Below the pieces are notes generated by a model. It ran no database searches. It saw nothing but the letters and a program-made list of their open reading frames with translations, and was not told the origin of the DNA. DNA of 64,000 nt from an uncultured Dialister sp. (lineage in GTDB: Bacteria; Bacillota; Negativicutes; Veillonellales; Dialisteraceae), in contig CALHRX010000005.1 in NCBI GenBank assembly GCA_938038225.1, positions 5,509-69,508 of the forward strand. Direction: 5' to 3'. Positions 56,119 to 64,000 of the stretch are shown here, piece after piece. The position numbers were made by a program, and so were the translations under genes. Within the stretch, counting starts at the first letter, position 1; each line of letters opens with the position of its first letter.

Positions 56119-58284
56119 ATGAAAATTGCTTATACCGACAAAGCGCTGGAAATTTTCGGCGCCGTCCCCGGACGGGATGCGGTTTCCGTCAATGATACAG
56201 ACTTTACCGATGTAGCCGCCGTGCTCATGGAGGAAAACGATAAAGACGTCTTTGCCGAGGAAATGATTTCTGCCTTCGGCATTCCCCTCATCCTGATCCG
56301 CACTTCCCGGAACCCCGTATCTGCGGAAAACCTGCGGAAAGTCTATCTGGTCATCGATCTGAGAGAATCCGACCGCAATTTTTATATCCGCCGGATTGAA
56401 AGCGCTGCCGTTCACTATGAAAACCAGGTGCTTCCCCCTTTCTTCCGGGATTTGGAAAAGTATGTGGAAAGCGGCTGCTCCCAGTTCGACTGCCCCGGCC
56501 ACCAGGGCGGTGCTTTTTTCCGGAAAACCCCGGCAGGCCGTGCTTTTTATGAATTTTTCGGAGAAAATACGTTCCGTGCGGATTTGTGCAATGCCGATGT
56601 AGCCATGGGCGATCTTCTCATTCATGAGGGCCCTGCCCTGGCTGCACAGAAGCATGCCGCACAGGTTTACCATGCGGACAAAACTTATTTCGTGCTGAAC
56701 GGCACCTCTACGGCCAATAAAGTCGTCCTGAACGCAGCTCTGACTCCCGGCGACATCGTCCTTTTCGACAGGAACAACCATAAGTCCATCGATCACGGCG
56801 CTCTCGTTCTGGCGGGAGCCACACCTGTATACCTGGAAACCGCCCGCAATGCCTACGGTTCTATCGGCGGCATTCCCGAGCACTGCTTCCGGGAAGACTA
56901 TATCCGCCGTCTTATCGCAGAAAAGGATCCGGAAAAGGCAAAGGCCAAACGCCCTGTCCGTCTTGCTGTCATCCAGCTGGGAACCTACGACGGCACCATC
57001 TACAACGCCCGTCAGGTTGTGGACCGCATCGGCCATCTCTGCGACTACATCTTCTTTGACTCCGCCTGGGTCGGCTATGAACAGTTCATCCCCATGATGA
57101 AGGACTGCAGTCCGCTGCTTCTGGAACTCGGTCCGGAAGATCCCGGTATCTTCGTCACACAGTCCGTCCATAAGCAGCAGGCCGGCTTCTCCATGACCAG
57201 TCAGATTCACAAGAAAGATGCTCACATCAGGGGACAGGCTCGCTATATTTCCCATAAGCAGCTCAACAATGCCTTCATGATGCACGCCTCCACGTCTCCC
57301 CTCTACCAGCTCTTCGCCGCTCTCGATGTCAACGCAAAGATGCACGAAGGAGAAGCCGGCAGAAAGCTCTGGCTCCAGGCGGTAAAAACCGTCATCGAGG
57401 CCCGGAAAAAAGTTCTGAAAAACTGCCGGTATATCCGTCCTCTTGTCCCCGCTACGGTTTACGGGAAAAAGTGGGAAGACGGAGATACCGACGCTATGGC
57501 CGACGATCTGGCCTACTGGGCCTTTGAACCGGATGCAAAATGGCACGGATTCGAAGGATACGGCAGGAATCAGTATTTTATCGATCCTATGAAGCTCCAG
57601 TTTGTAACGGCCGGTATTCAAATTGAAACGGGAGAATATGCAGAATTCGGCATTCCCGGAACAATCCTGGCCAACTATCTCCGGGAGAACGGAATCATTC
57701 CGGAAAAATGTGACCTCAATGACATTCTTTTCCTCATGACCCCTGCAGAAACCACCACGAAGATGGATGATCTGATTGCCAAACTGATTCGCTTCGAACA
57801 GCTCATCGACCGAGACGCTCCCATGCAGGAGGTGCTTCCCTCCGTATATGATGCTTACGAAGAAAAATATCGGGGATATACCATCCGCCGTCTTTGTCAG
57901 GAAATGCACGACTTCTATAAAGACCGCCAGGTTTCCGATTTACAGAAACATCTTTTCGAAAAAGATTACTTCCCGGAATACGTCATGAATCCGCAGGAAG
58001 CCCAGTATGCTTTCATGCGCGGTCAGGGAGAACTTCTGGATCTGCAGGAAACGGAAGGCCGGATTGCTCTGGAAGGCGCTCTTCCCTATCCGCCCGGAGT
58101 CCTCTGCATTCATCCCGGTGAGAAGTGGACTTCCACAGCCGTACAATATTTCCTTGACCTGGTGGAAGGCATCAATCAGCTCCCCGGCTTTGCTCCGGAA
58201 ATCCAGGGAGTATATATCCAAACCGGGCAGGACGGAAAGAAGCATGCCCTGGCCTGCGTATTGAAAAAAGAATTTGAAAAATAA
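56119..58284 (+). CDS. Orn/Lys/Arg decarboxylase (fold-I PLP-dependent; ornithine/lysine decarboxylase SpeF/CadA-like)
   Basis: About 720 aa with wing, PLP-binding (…FVLNGTSTANKVV…, …SVHKQQAGFS…) and C-terminal domains. Confidence 0.9.
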   Translation: MKIAYTDKALEIFGAVPGRDAVSVNDTDFTDVAAVLMEENDKDVFAEEMISAFGIPLILIRTSRNPVSAENLRKVYLVIDLRESDRNFYIRRIESAAVHYENQVLPPFFRDLEKYVESGCSQFDCPGHQGGAFFRKTPAGRAFYEFFGENTFRADLCNADVAMGDLLIHEGPALAAQKHAAQVYHADKTYFVLNGTSTANKVVLNAALTPGDIVLFDRNNHKSIDHGALVLAGATPVYLETARNAYGSIGGIPEHCFREDYIRRLIAEKDPEKAKAKRPVRLAVIQLGTYDGTIYNARQVVDRIGHLCDYIFFDSAWVGYEQFIPMMKDCSPLLLELGPEDPGIFVTQSVHKQQAGFSMTSQIHKKDAHIRGQARYISHKQLNNAFMMHASTSPLYQLFAALDVNAKMHEGEAGRKLWLQAVKTVIEARKKVLKNCRYIRPLVPATVYGKKWEDGDTDAMADDLAYWAFEPDAKWHGFEGYGRNQYFIDPMKLQFVTAGIQIETGEYAEFGIPGTILANYLRENGIIPEKCDLNDILFLMTPAETTTKMDDLIAKLIRFEQLIDRDAPMQEVLPSVYDAYEEKYRGYTIRRLCQEMHDFYKDRQVSDLQKHLFEKDYFPEYVMNPQEAQYAFMRGQGELLDLQETEGRIALEGALPYPPGVLCIHPGEKWTSTAVQYFLDLVEGINQLPGFAPEIQGVYIQTGQDGKKHALACVLKKEFEK

Positions 58285-58306
58285 AGTCCTGAAAATACCG
58301 ATCCCC

Positions 58307-58345
58307 ATGCACTGCAGCGACAAAACTGCAGTGCATTTTTATCTT
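58307..58345 (+). terminator. Intrinsic terminator after the decarboxylase gene
   Basis: GCACTGCAGCGACAAAACTGCAGTGC followed by ATTTTTAT. Confidence 0.65.
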
Positions 58346-58615
58346 TCCCTCTGTCCCCGGCTGGAAATCCCGGACCCCGTGCGTTCAAAAGCGTATACTT
58401 ATATAAATCACGTACTTTCTCGATAAAATCGGATGTTTTCATTTTCCACGCCGAAATAAGCGGCCTCTTTTGTCAGATTCAGGGTATACTATTTCGTTTT
58501 CTTTTCTTTTTGCGCTTGACTTTTTCTCATTATTGTATACAATATATTTATCTTTATCTCGATATTCATTATTTCCTGTATTGAGATAAACCTATATTTT
58601 TACCAGGAGGTCATT

Positions 58616-59959
58616 ATGGAAATAGTATTAGGTTTTCTTGTTCTCATGGTATGCCTGATCATGGGCATACGGCATGGCGGCATCGGTCTGGCTGCTATCA
58701 GCGGCATCGGGCTCGTTGTCTATACATTTATTTTCGGCTATAAACCCGGCAAACCCCCGATCGATGTCATGCTCACCATTATGGCTGTCGTTACCTGTGC
58801 CGGCTTTCTGCAGGCATCCGGCGGTCTGACCGTTATGCTCAAATACGCAGAAAAATTTTTGCGCAATAACCCGAAGCATGTTACGATCTTCGCTCCCATA
58901 ACGACCTGGTTCCTGACCGTATTATGCGGTACCGGCCATGTAGTTTACACCATGTTCCCGATCATTTATGACATTGCCATCAAACAGGGCATCCGTCCGG
59001 AAAGACCGATGGCGGTTTCTTCCATCGCTTCTCAGATGGGCATTTGCGCATCCCCCGTTTCCGTTGCAGTTGTTTCCGTTGTCGGCTTCATGGCTGCTAC
59101 CGGTCATCAGTACAGCATTCTTCAGATTCTGGCAATTTCTATCCCTGCTACTTTCATCGGTGTACTCTTTGCAGCTGCATGGAGCTATCGCCGCGGCAAG
59201 GATCTCGCTGACGATCCGGAATTCCAGAAACTCATCCAGGATCCGGAACAGAAAGAATATGTATACGGAAATACGGAAAGCCTCTTGGATAAGCATTTGC
59301 CGTCTTCCTACTATCATGCCACTCTGATTTTCTTTATCGGCATCCTTGTCATTGCCGTACTCGGCAATTTCCCGTCCCTCCTTCCGGCATTCGCCGCTAA
59401 GGCAGGTGCAGCTCCCAAGCCGATTTCCATGACAGTCGTCATTCAGATGATTATGCTCCTCGTCAGCGCACTGATTCTTCTTCTTTGCAAAACAAAGGCC
59501 AAAGACGTCGGAGGCAGCCAGGTATTCCGTTCCGGTGTTGTTGCCCTGATTTCCGTTTACGGCGTTGCATGGATGGCTGATACCTATTTTGCCAACCATA
59601 TGGGAATCCTGAAATCTTTCCTCGGCAATGCAGTACAGTCCTACCCCTTCGCTTATGCACTGGTTCTCTTCCTGACCTCCAAACTGGTCAATTCTCAGGC
59701 AGCTGCAATCGCCATTGTTATGCCGATTGCCCTGAATGTCGGCATGGATCCGCTTCTGATTCTGTCCTTCATTCCCGCATGCTACGCTTACTTCTTCCTC
59801 CCGACCTATCCGTCGGATCTGGCCTGCATCGGCTTTGACCGTTCCGGCACAACCAGAATCGGAAAATTCGTATTGAACCACAGCTTCATGATGCCCGGTC
59901 TGATTGGCGTATTTACGGCCTGTGTAGCCGGTTACCTCATTGTTCACACCATGCTGTAA
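58616..59959 (+). CDS. Anaerobic C4-dicarboxylate transporter, DcuA/DcuB family
   Basis: 447 aa. N-terminus MEIVLGFLVLMVCLIMGIRHGGIGLA and overall Dcu topology. Confidence 0.9.
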   Translation: MEIVLGFLVLMVCLIMGIRHGGIGLAAISGIGLVVYTFIFGYKPGKPPIDVMLTIMAVVTCAGFLQASGGLTVMLKYAEKFLRNNPKHVTIFAPITTWFLTVLCGTGHVVYTMFPIIYDIAIKQGIRPERPMAVSSIASQMGICASPVSVAVVSVVGFMAATGHQYSILQILAISIPATFIGVLFAAAWSYRRGKDLADDPEFQKLIQDPEQKEYVYGNTESLLDKHLPSSYYHATLIFFIGILVIAVLGNFPSLLPAFAAKAGAAPKPISMTVVIQMIMLLVSALILLLCKTKAKDVGGSQVFRSGVVALISVYGVAWMADTYFANHMGILKSFLGNAVQSYPFAYALVLFLTSKLVNSQAAAIAIVMPIALNVGMDPLLILSFIPACYAYFFLPTYPSDLACIGFDRSGTTRIGKFVLNHSFMMPGLIGVFTACVAGYLIVHTML

Positions 59960-60002
59960 CCTTTTCGCAGACACAGTAAGCTTGATTCAATCTCTAATCA
60001 AA

Positions 60003-60050
60003 TGAAAAAGACGGATTCCTCCCAAAAAGGAATCCGTCTTTTTGTTTTGT
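60003..60050. terminator. Bidirectional terminator after dcu
   Basis: AAAAAGACGGATTCCTCCCAAAAAGGAATCCGTCTTTTTG. Confidence 0.65.
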
Positions 60051-60252
60051 CTGATGATCATTTTGCGGACAGCATTCACATATATAATCCTGACATGATG
60101 CATACATCTCCGATCTGAAGTGCCTCCCCTGCTTTCCATATAAAGCTCCCCGTATATCCGGATCAAACGGCTATGCACTCTCTTTCTTGCATATACATTG
60201 ATTTTCCTTTATACTTGAAACCTGTACACTGATTTTCAAAAGGAGATATTCA

Positions 60253-61488
60253 TTGTCTTTATTTCAAACCATTCTTTTAAAAATACAGCAGCTCAGGCTG
60301 ATTCACTGCATTATTCTGGGCCTGTTTACCGGTATCCTTCTGGCCGTATTCTTCCCGCCTGCCGTGCCTGCCCTGAAGATTTTCGGAGAGCTTTTTGTAA
60401 AGGCACTGAAAAGTGTGGCGCCGGTCCTCGTCTTTTTCCTGGTAATGAGTGCCCTGTCGAAGAAACCGCAGGGAAAAGGGAAGTCCATGAGCCGCATCAT
60501 GACATTTTATCTGTCCAGCACCCTCCTTGCCTCCATCACGGGAGTCACCTATTCTTTTCTGTTTCCTACAACTCTGGTTCTGAATCTTCCCGCAGACATC
60601 CATGCAGCAGCGCCTCCTGCGGGAATCCGGGAAGTTATTCTGAATCTGATCATGAGCATCATCGACAATCCGGTCCATGCCGTTCTGAGTGCCAATTATA
60701 TTTCCATCCTCACCTGGGCTGTCGTTTTCGGACTGGCCCTTCGTACCGTTGAAAATGAATCTTTAAAGCAGTTCCTTGATGATACGTCCAAAGCCGTCAC
60801 GCAGGCAGTAACCTGGATCATCCGGCTTGCGCCCTTCGGCATTATGGGGCTGGTTGCAGATTCCGTGGGAAATGCAGGGCTCTCCGCCCTTCTGGGCTAT
60901 CTGCAGCTGCTGACTGTCCTGATCGGCGCCTATGCAACGGTAGCCTTTGTCATCAATCCGTTCATCGTCTTCCTTCGGACCCGGCGCAATCCGTATCCGC
61001 TTGTTTTCCGGGCCCTTCGGGAAAGCGGGGTCTATGCTTTCTTTACCCGAAGCAGCGCTGCCAATATTCCGGTCAACCTGACGCTGTGCAAAAGGATGGG
61101 CCTGAATCCTGATATATACACCATTTCCATTCCCCTGGGCGCAGCGGTCAATACGGCAGGAGCAGCCGTTACGATTTCCGTCCTTTCACTGGCAGCGGCT
61201 CATACGCTGCATATTTCCGTGGATCTTCCCACTGCACTGCTCCTCTGTCTCATCGCTGCTGTTGGAGCATCCGGTTCTTCCGGAGTAGCCGGCGGCTCTC
61301 TTCTGCTGGTCCCTGTGGCCTGTGCTTCTTTCGGCATCAATAATGACATTGCCATGCAGGTGGTCGGTGTCGGCTTCATCATCTCTGTTCTGGAGGATTC
61401 CTGTGAAACTGCGCTGAATTCTTCCTCAGATGTAGTCTTTACGGCTGCAGCGGAATGGGAGCAGCAGAAAAAAGTCATGTCCCGCTGA
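60253..61488 (+). CDS. sstT: Serine/threonine:Na+ symporter SstT (DAACS family); TTG start
   Basis: Aligns with E. coli SstT (…KIFGELFVKALKSVAPVLVFFLVMSA…). RBS AAGGAGA, then TTG at 60253. Confidence 0.8.
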   Translation: MSLFQTILLKIQQLRLIHCIILGLFTGILLAVFFPPAVPALKIFGELFVKALKSVAPVLVFFLVMSALSKKPQGKGKSMSRIMTFYLSSTLLASITGVTYSFLFPTTLVLNLPADIHAAAPPAGIREVILNLIMSIIDNPVHAVLSANYISILTWAVVFGLALRTVENESLKQFLDDTSKAVTQAVTWIIRLAPFGIMGLVADSVGNAGLSALLGYLQLLTVLIGAYATVAFVINPFIVFLRTRRNPYPLVFRALRESGVYAFFTRSSAANIPVNLTLCKRMGLNPDIYTISIPLGAAVNTAGAAVTISVLSLAAAHTLHISVDLPTALLLCLIAAVGASGSSGVAGGSLLLVPVACASFGINNDIAMQVVGVGFIISVLEDSCETALNSSSDVVFTAAAEWEQQKKVMSR

Positions 61489-61503
61489 TGATTTCCTGCA
61501 TAC

Positions 61504-61542
61504 AAAAAACGGCTGAGAATATTTGTTCTCAGCCGTTTTCCA
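61504..61542. terminator. Bidirectional terminator between sstT and the flavin reductase gene
   Basis: AAAAAACGGCTGAGAATATTTGTTCTCAGCCGTTTT. Confidence 0.65.
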
Positions 61543-61561
61543 TGCCTGAAAAACTCCGTTT

Positions 61562-62077
61562 TTATTCTTTCACCAGAACCTTTACGATTTCTCCGAGATA
61601 GGCACTGTGATTGTTCCCTGCCTGTTTTCCGCTGTTCCACCGTTCATAGACTTCCCGATCGGTATAGCATTCTTCCTTCATTTCATGGGTGTAAATCTTT
61701 CTGCAGATCAGGATCAGATGCGCTTCCTCCACTCCGGCAGAAAATTCATCCGGAAAATACGGATGAAGTCCGCTTCCCGCAAATTTATCTTCATTTCTTC
61801 CGGAATGGGAGCCCAGATAGGATTCCTGCGGTTTATAGACCTCCGGCAAAAAGGACAGTGTAAAGTAATCCTGCGCATCCAGGATTTCCTTCGTATACCG
61901 GCTCTGCCGGATATAGACAGTGACAACGGGTTTTCTCCAGAGAACGCCGAATCCGCCCCAGGTAACAAGCATGGGGTTGCATTTCTTTTCATTGCCGGCA
62001 GTAACGATGCAGTATTTTTTCAGATCCGTAAAAGGATTCAGTTTGAGTTCTTCCACAGAAATTTCTTTAAATGCCAT
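61562..62077 (-). CDS. Flavin reductase-like (flavoredoxin) family protein
   Basis: 171-aa FMN-binding split-barrel-type sequence (…CIVTAGNEKKCNPMLVTWGG…). Confidence 0.75.
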   Translation of the reverse strand: MAFKEISVEELKLNPFTDLKKYCIVTAGNEKKCNPMLVTWGGFGVLWRKPVVTVYIRQSRYTKEILDAQDYFTLSFLPEVYKPQESYLGSHSGRNEDKFAGSGLHPYFPDEFSAGVEEAHLILICRKIYTHEMKEECYTDREVYERWNSGKQAGNNHSAYLGEIVKVLVKE

Positions 62078-62139
62078 AACAGTGTCTCCTTGCTTTGCTC
62101 TTTCTTATATCCGGTTCTGTCTGACGAAACAGAAACGAT

Positions 62140-63312
62140 TCATGATTCTTTCCCCTGCAGCTTCTCATCTGCTTCCCGGCAGATCATGACTGCTTCATCC
62201 ACTGTGCATCGGAAAGAGCCCTGAATGATATCTTTTCCGCCGCCCCGGCCGTTCAGGCGCCGGTTCCAGTCCTTGGCCGCTTCTTTCAGATCCAGGCAGG
62301 GACTTCCGACAGCATAGTTCAGTACGCCCTCTTCCTTTCTGGAAAGTACGAATATGATTTCCGCTTTTTTCTTTTCAATCAGATATTCACAGAATTTACG
62401 TATTTCTGCGGCGGCCATATCCTCCTCATAGAAAAGAACTGCCTTCTGGCCCTGCGGAATCACCGCTGCCTCCGCCTCAAAATACCGGCGGTTGGATTCA
62501 TTCAGCTTCTGCTTAAGTGCCTCTTTTTCCTGCTCCGCTTTTTCAACAGCTTCTCCTGTCTCCAAAGGCTTTACAGAATACCGTACTGCCAGGTTCTTGT
62601 TGAGGTCATAAATCTGATCCAGATATTTTAATGCTCTTCTTCCGCAGACCAGCTCAATGCGGACACCGCCCTTGTGATTTGCCAGCGACAGTACCTTGAG
62701 CAGACCGATTTCCCCTGCTCTTGCCACATGGGTCCCGCAGCAGGCGCAGATGTCTCCGCCGGGGAATTCCACGATACGCACCTTTCCGGTCAGCTCAATT
62801 TTGCTGCGGTAGTCCAGAACCTTCAATTCTTCCTGAGACGGATACGTAATTTTTGTTTCCTGATTTTCATAAATCAGTTCGTTGGCCTGTCTTTCGATTT
62901 CCAGTGCATCCTCATAGGTCATGGGCCCACTGAAATCCACGGTGACAATATCATCCAGATGAAATCCTACATTATCGTAGCCGAATTTTTTGTGTACCAG
63001 TCCGGAATAAATATGTTCTCCGGAATGCTGCTGCATCAGATCAAACCGGCGCTCCCAGTCAATTTTTCCGTGAACGGTTTTCCCTTCTTCCATCGGACGG
63101 TCGGTATAATGCACGACAGCTCCCTCCCGTCTTTTTACATCCTTTACGGGAATATCATCCAGGAATCCATGATCAGCGGGCTGTCCGCCGCCTTCCGGAT
63201 AAAAGGCCGTATCGGACAGAATAATTTCATATCCTTTTTTCCCTTCCCGGCACTGCAGTACCTTTGCATCGAATTCTTTCCGATAGGCATCCTTATAAAA
63301 AAGTTCATTCAT
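62140..63312 (-). CDS. Alanyl-tRNA editing protein AlaX-like (AlaRS second-additional-domain plus editing domain)
   Basis: HxxxH/CxxxH zinc editing motif (…QQHSGEHIYSG…, …ICACCGTHV…). The start is set at MNELFYKDAY. Confidence 0.8.
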   Translation of the reverse strand: MNELFYKDAYRKEFDAKVLQCREGKKGYEIILSDTAFYPEGGGQPADHGFLDDIPVKDVKRREGAVVHYTDRPMEEGKTVHGKIDWERRFDLMQQHSGEHIYSGLVHKKFGYDNVGFHLDDIVTVDFSGPMTYEDALEIERQANELIYENQETKITYPSQEELKVLDYRSKIELTGKVRIVEFPGGDICACCGTHVARAGEIGLLKVLSLANHKGGVRIELVCGRRALKYLDQIYDLNKNLAVRYSVKPLETGEAVEKAEQEKEALKQKLNESNRRYFEAEAAVIPQGQKAVLFYEEDMAAAEIRKFCEYLIEKKKAEIIFVLSRKEEGVLNYAVGSPCLDLKEAAKDWNRRLNGRGGGKDIIQGSFRCTVDEAVMICREADEKLQGKES

Positions 63313-63520
63313 TTCTTCCACTGTATCAGCTCCTCTGCATAATAGTGTCTGATTCATTGTATCATGAATGCTCTTTTTTGCGAAAAAAAGCAGCTCTGTC
63401 TGCAAAGAGGACTCTCCGATGCTGTCCGCATGCGGATTTGATTCCTGTTCACCGGCAGAGCCGCTTTTTATTCCCCGTTCTTTCCCTCTCGGGAGGCGGA
63501 TTTTCTGTCAGAGTTCCTGA

Positions 63521-64000
63521 TCAGATATAGGGTACCCATTTTCCGTCTTTTACAATGAGCACATCCATATCCATGACGGGATCACGATCTTCATTGAAGG
63601 AGAATTTTCCCGTAGCACCTTCGAAATCCCGGATCTGTGCCAGTGCATCGCGGTACTTTTTCCGGTCCGTGGTCGTGCCGGAATTTTCCAGAGCTTGATG
63701 CATGATATAGAATGCATCGTAAGCCTGTGCAGCGAACTGGTCCGGTTCATGGCCGTATTTTTCCGTATAGGCTTTCACAAAATGCTTTGCCTTTTCACTG
63801 TCCCGGTTCGGGTTCCATGGAGTGGAAACCAGAGTTCCTTCCGCCGCTTCTCCCGCGAGCTTGATGTAGGTCGGGCCGTTGAAACCGTTGTTGCCGATAA
63901 TGGGCTGGGTCATCCCCATTTCACGGGCTTTCTTTACAATCAGCGCACCTTCCGTATACAGTCCGGCAATGCAGATAATGTCCGGATTGGCAGCCTGGAT
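63521..64000 (-). CDS. Partial CDS (5' end lies beyond the window end): branched-chain amino acid ABC transporter substrate-binding protein (LivJ/LivK family), C-terminal portion
   Basis: The reverse translation runs continuously to the window edge (…ANPDIICIAGLYTEGALIVKKAREMGMTQPIIGNNG…), a typical type I periplasmic binding protein. Confidence 0.8.
   Translation of the reverse strand: MQAANPDIICIAGLYTEGALIVKKAREMGMTQPIIGNNGFNGPTYIKLAGEAAEGTLVSTPWNPNRDSEKAKHFVKAYTEKYGHEPDQFAAQAYDAFYIMHQALENSGTTTDRKKYRDALAQIRDFEGATGKFSFNEDRDPVMDMDVLIVKDGKWVPYI

Noticed and set aside
1-64000. CRISPR arrays, IS elements, integrases, prophage genes
   Set aside because: No direct-repeat/spacer periodicity, and no transposase, integrase or phage structural ORFs were seen in any frame.

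Overview
This is a 64 kb chromosomal segment from a low-to-moderate GC Gram-positive-type bacterium (Firmicutes-like: T-box leaders, ECF transporter, SpoVD/FtsI-type PBP with PASTA domain). It is mostly housekeeping with several accessory islands. Recognisable blocks: ppx-ppk with a second divergent Ppx/GppA-HD paralog; queF; an MscS channel; a T-box (probable Met specifier) controlling a dedicated ECF transporter whose S component is fused in-frame to the first ATPase; fhs-folD; PBP-cca; malic enzyme; speD; rdgB; rpsI-rplM; cstA; two tandem paralogous large membrane proteins; a leader-controlled Na+ symporter; a MATE pump; a tRNA cluster (Val-Asn-Glu-Val) with a duplicated Val+terminator unit; a LarA-like protein; a second T-box in front of serC-serA and a histidine-phosphatase gene; a LysR regulator; a 1073-aa PLD(HKD) nuclease + SF2 DExH helicase + DUF3427-like protein (candidate single-gene phage defence); an SfsA/GIY-YIG-like fusion and a DUF45 metallopeptidase; ftsY-smc; a 3-methyladenine glycosylase; a flavodiiron protein; an ornithine/lysine decarboxylase; and Dcu and SstT transporters. 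I found no CRISPR array and no obvious IS or prophage. All coordinates, starts and motif calls come from reading the sequence and ORF track by eye; no database searches were run.
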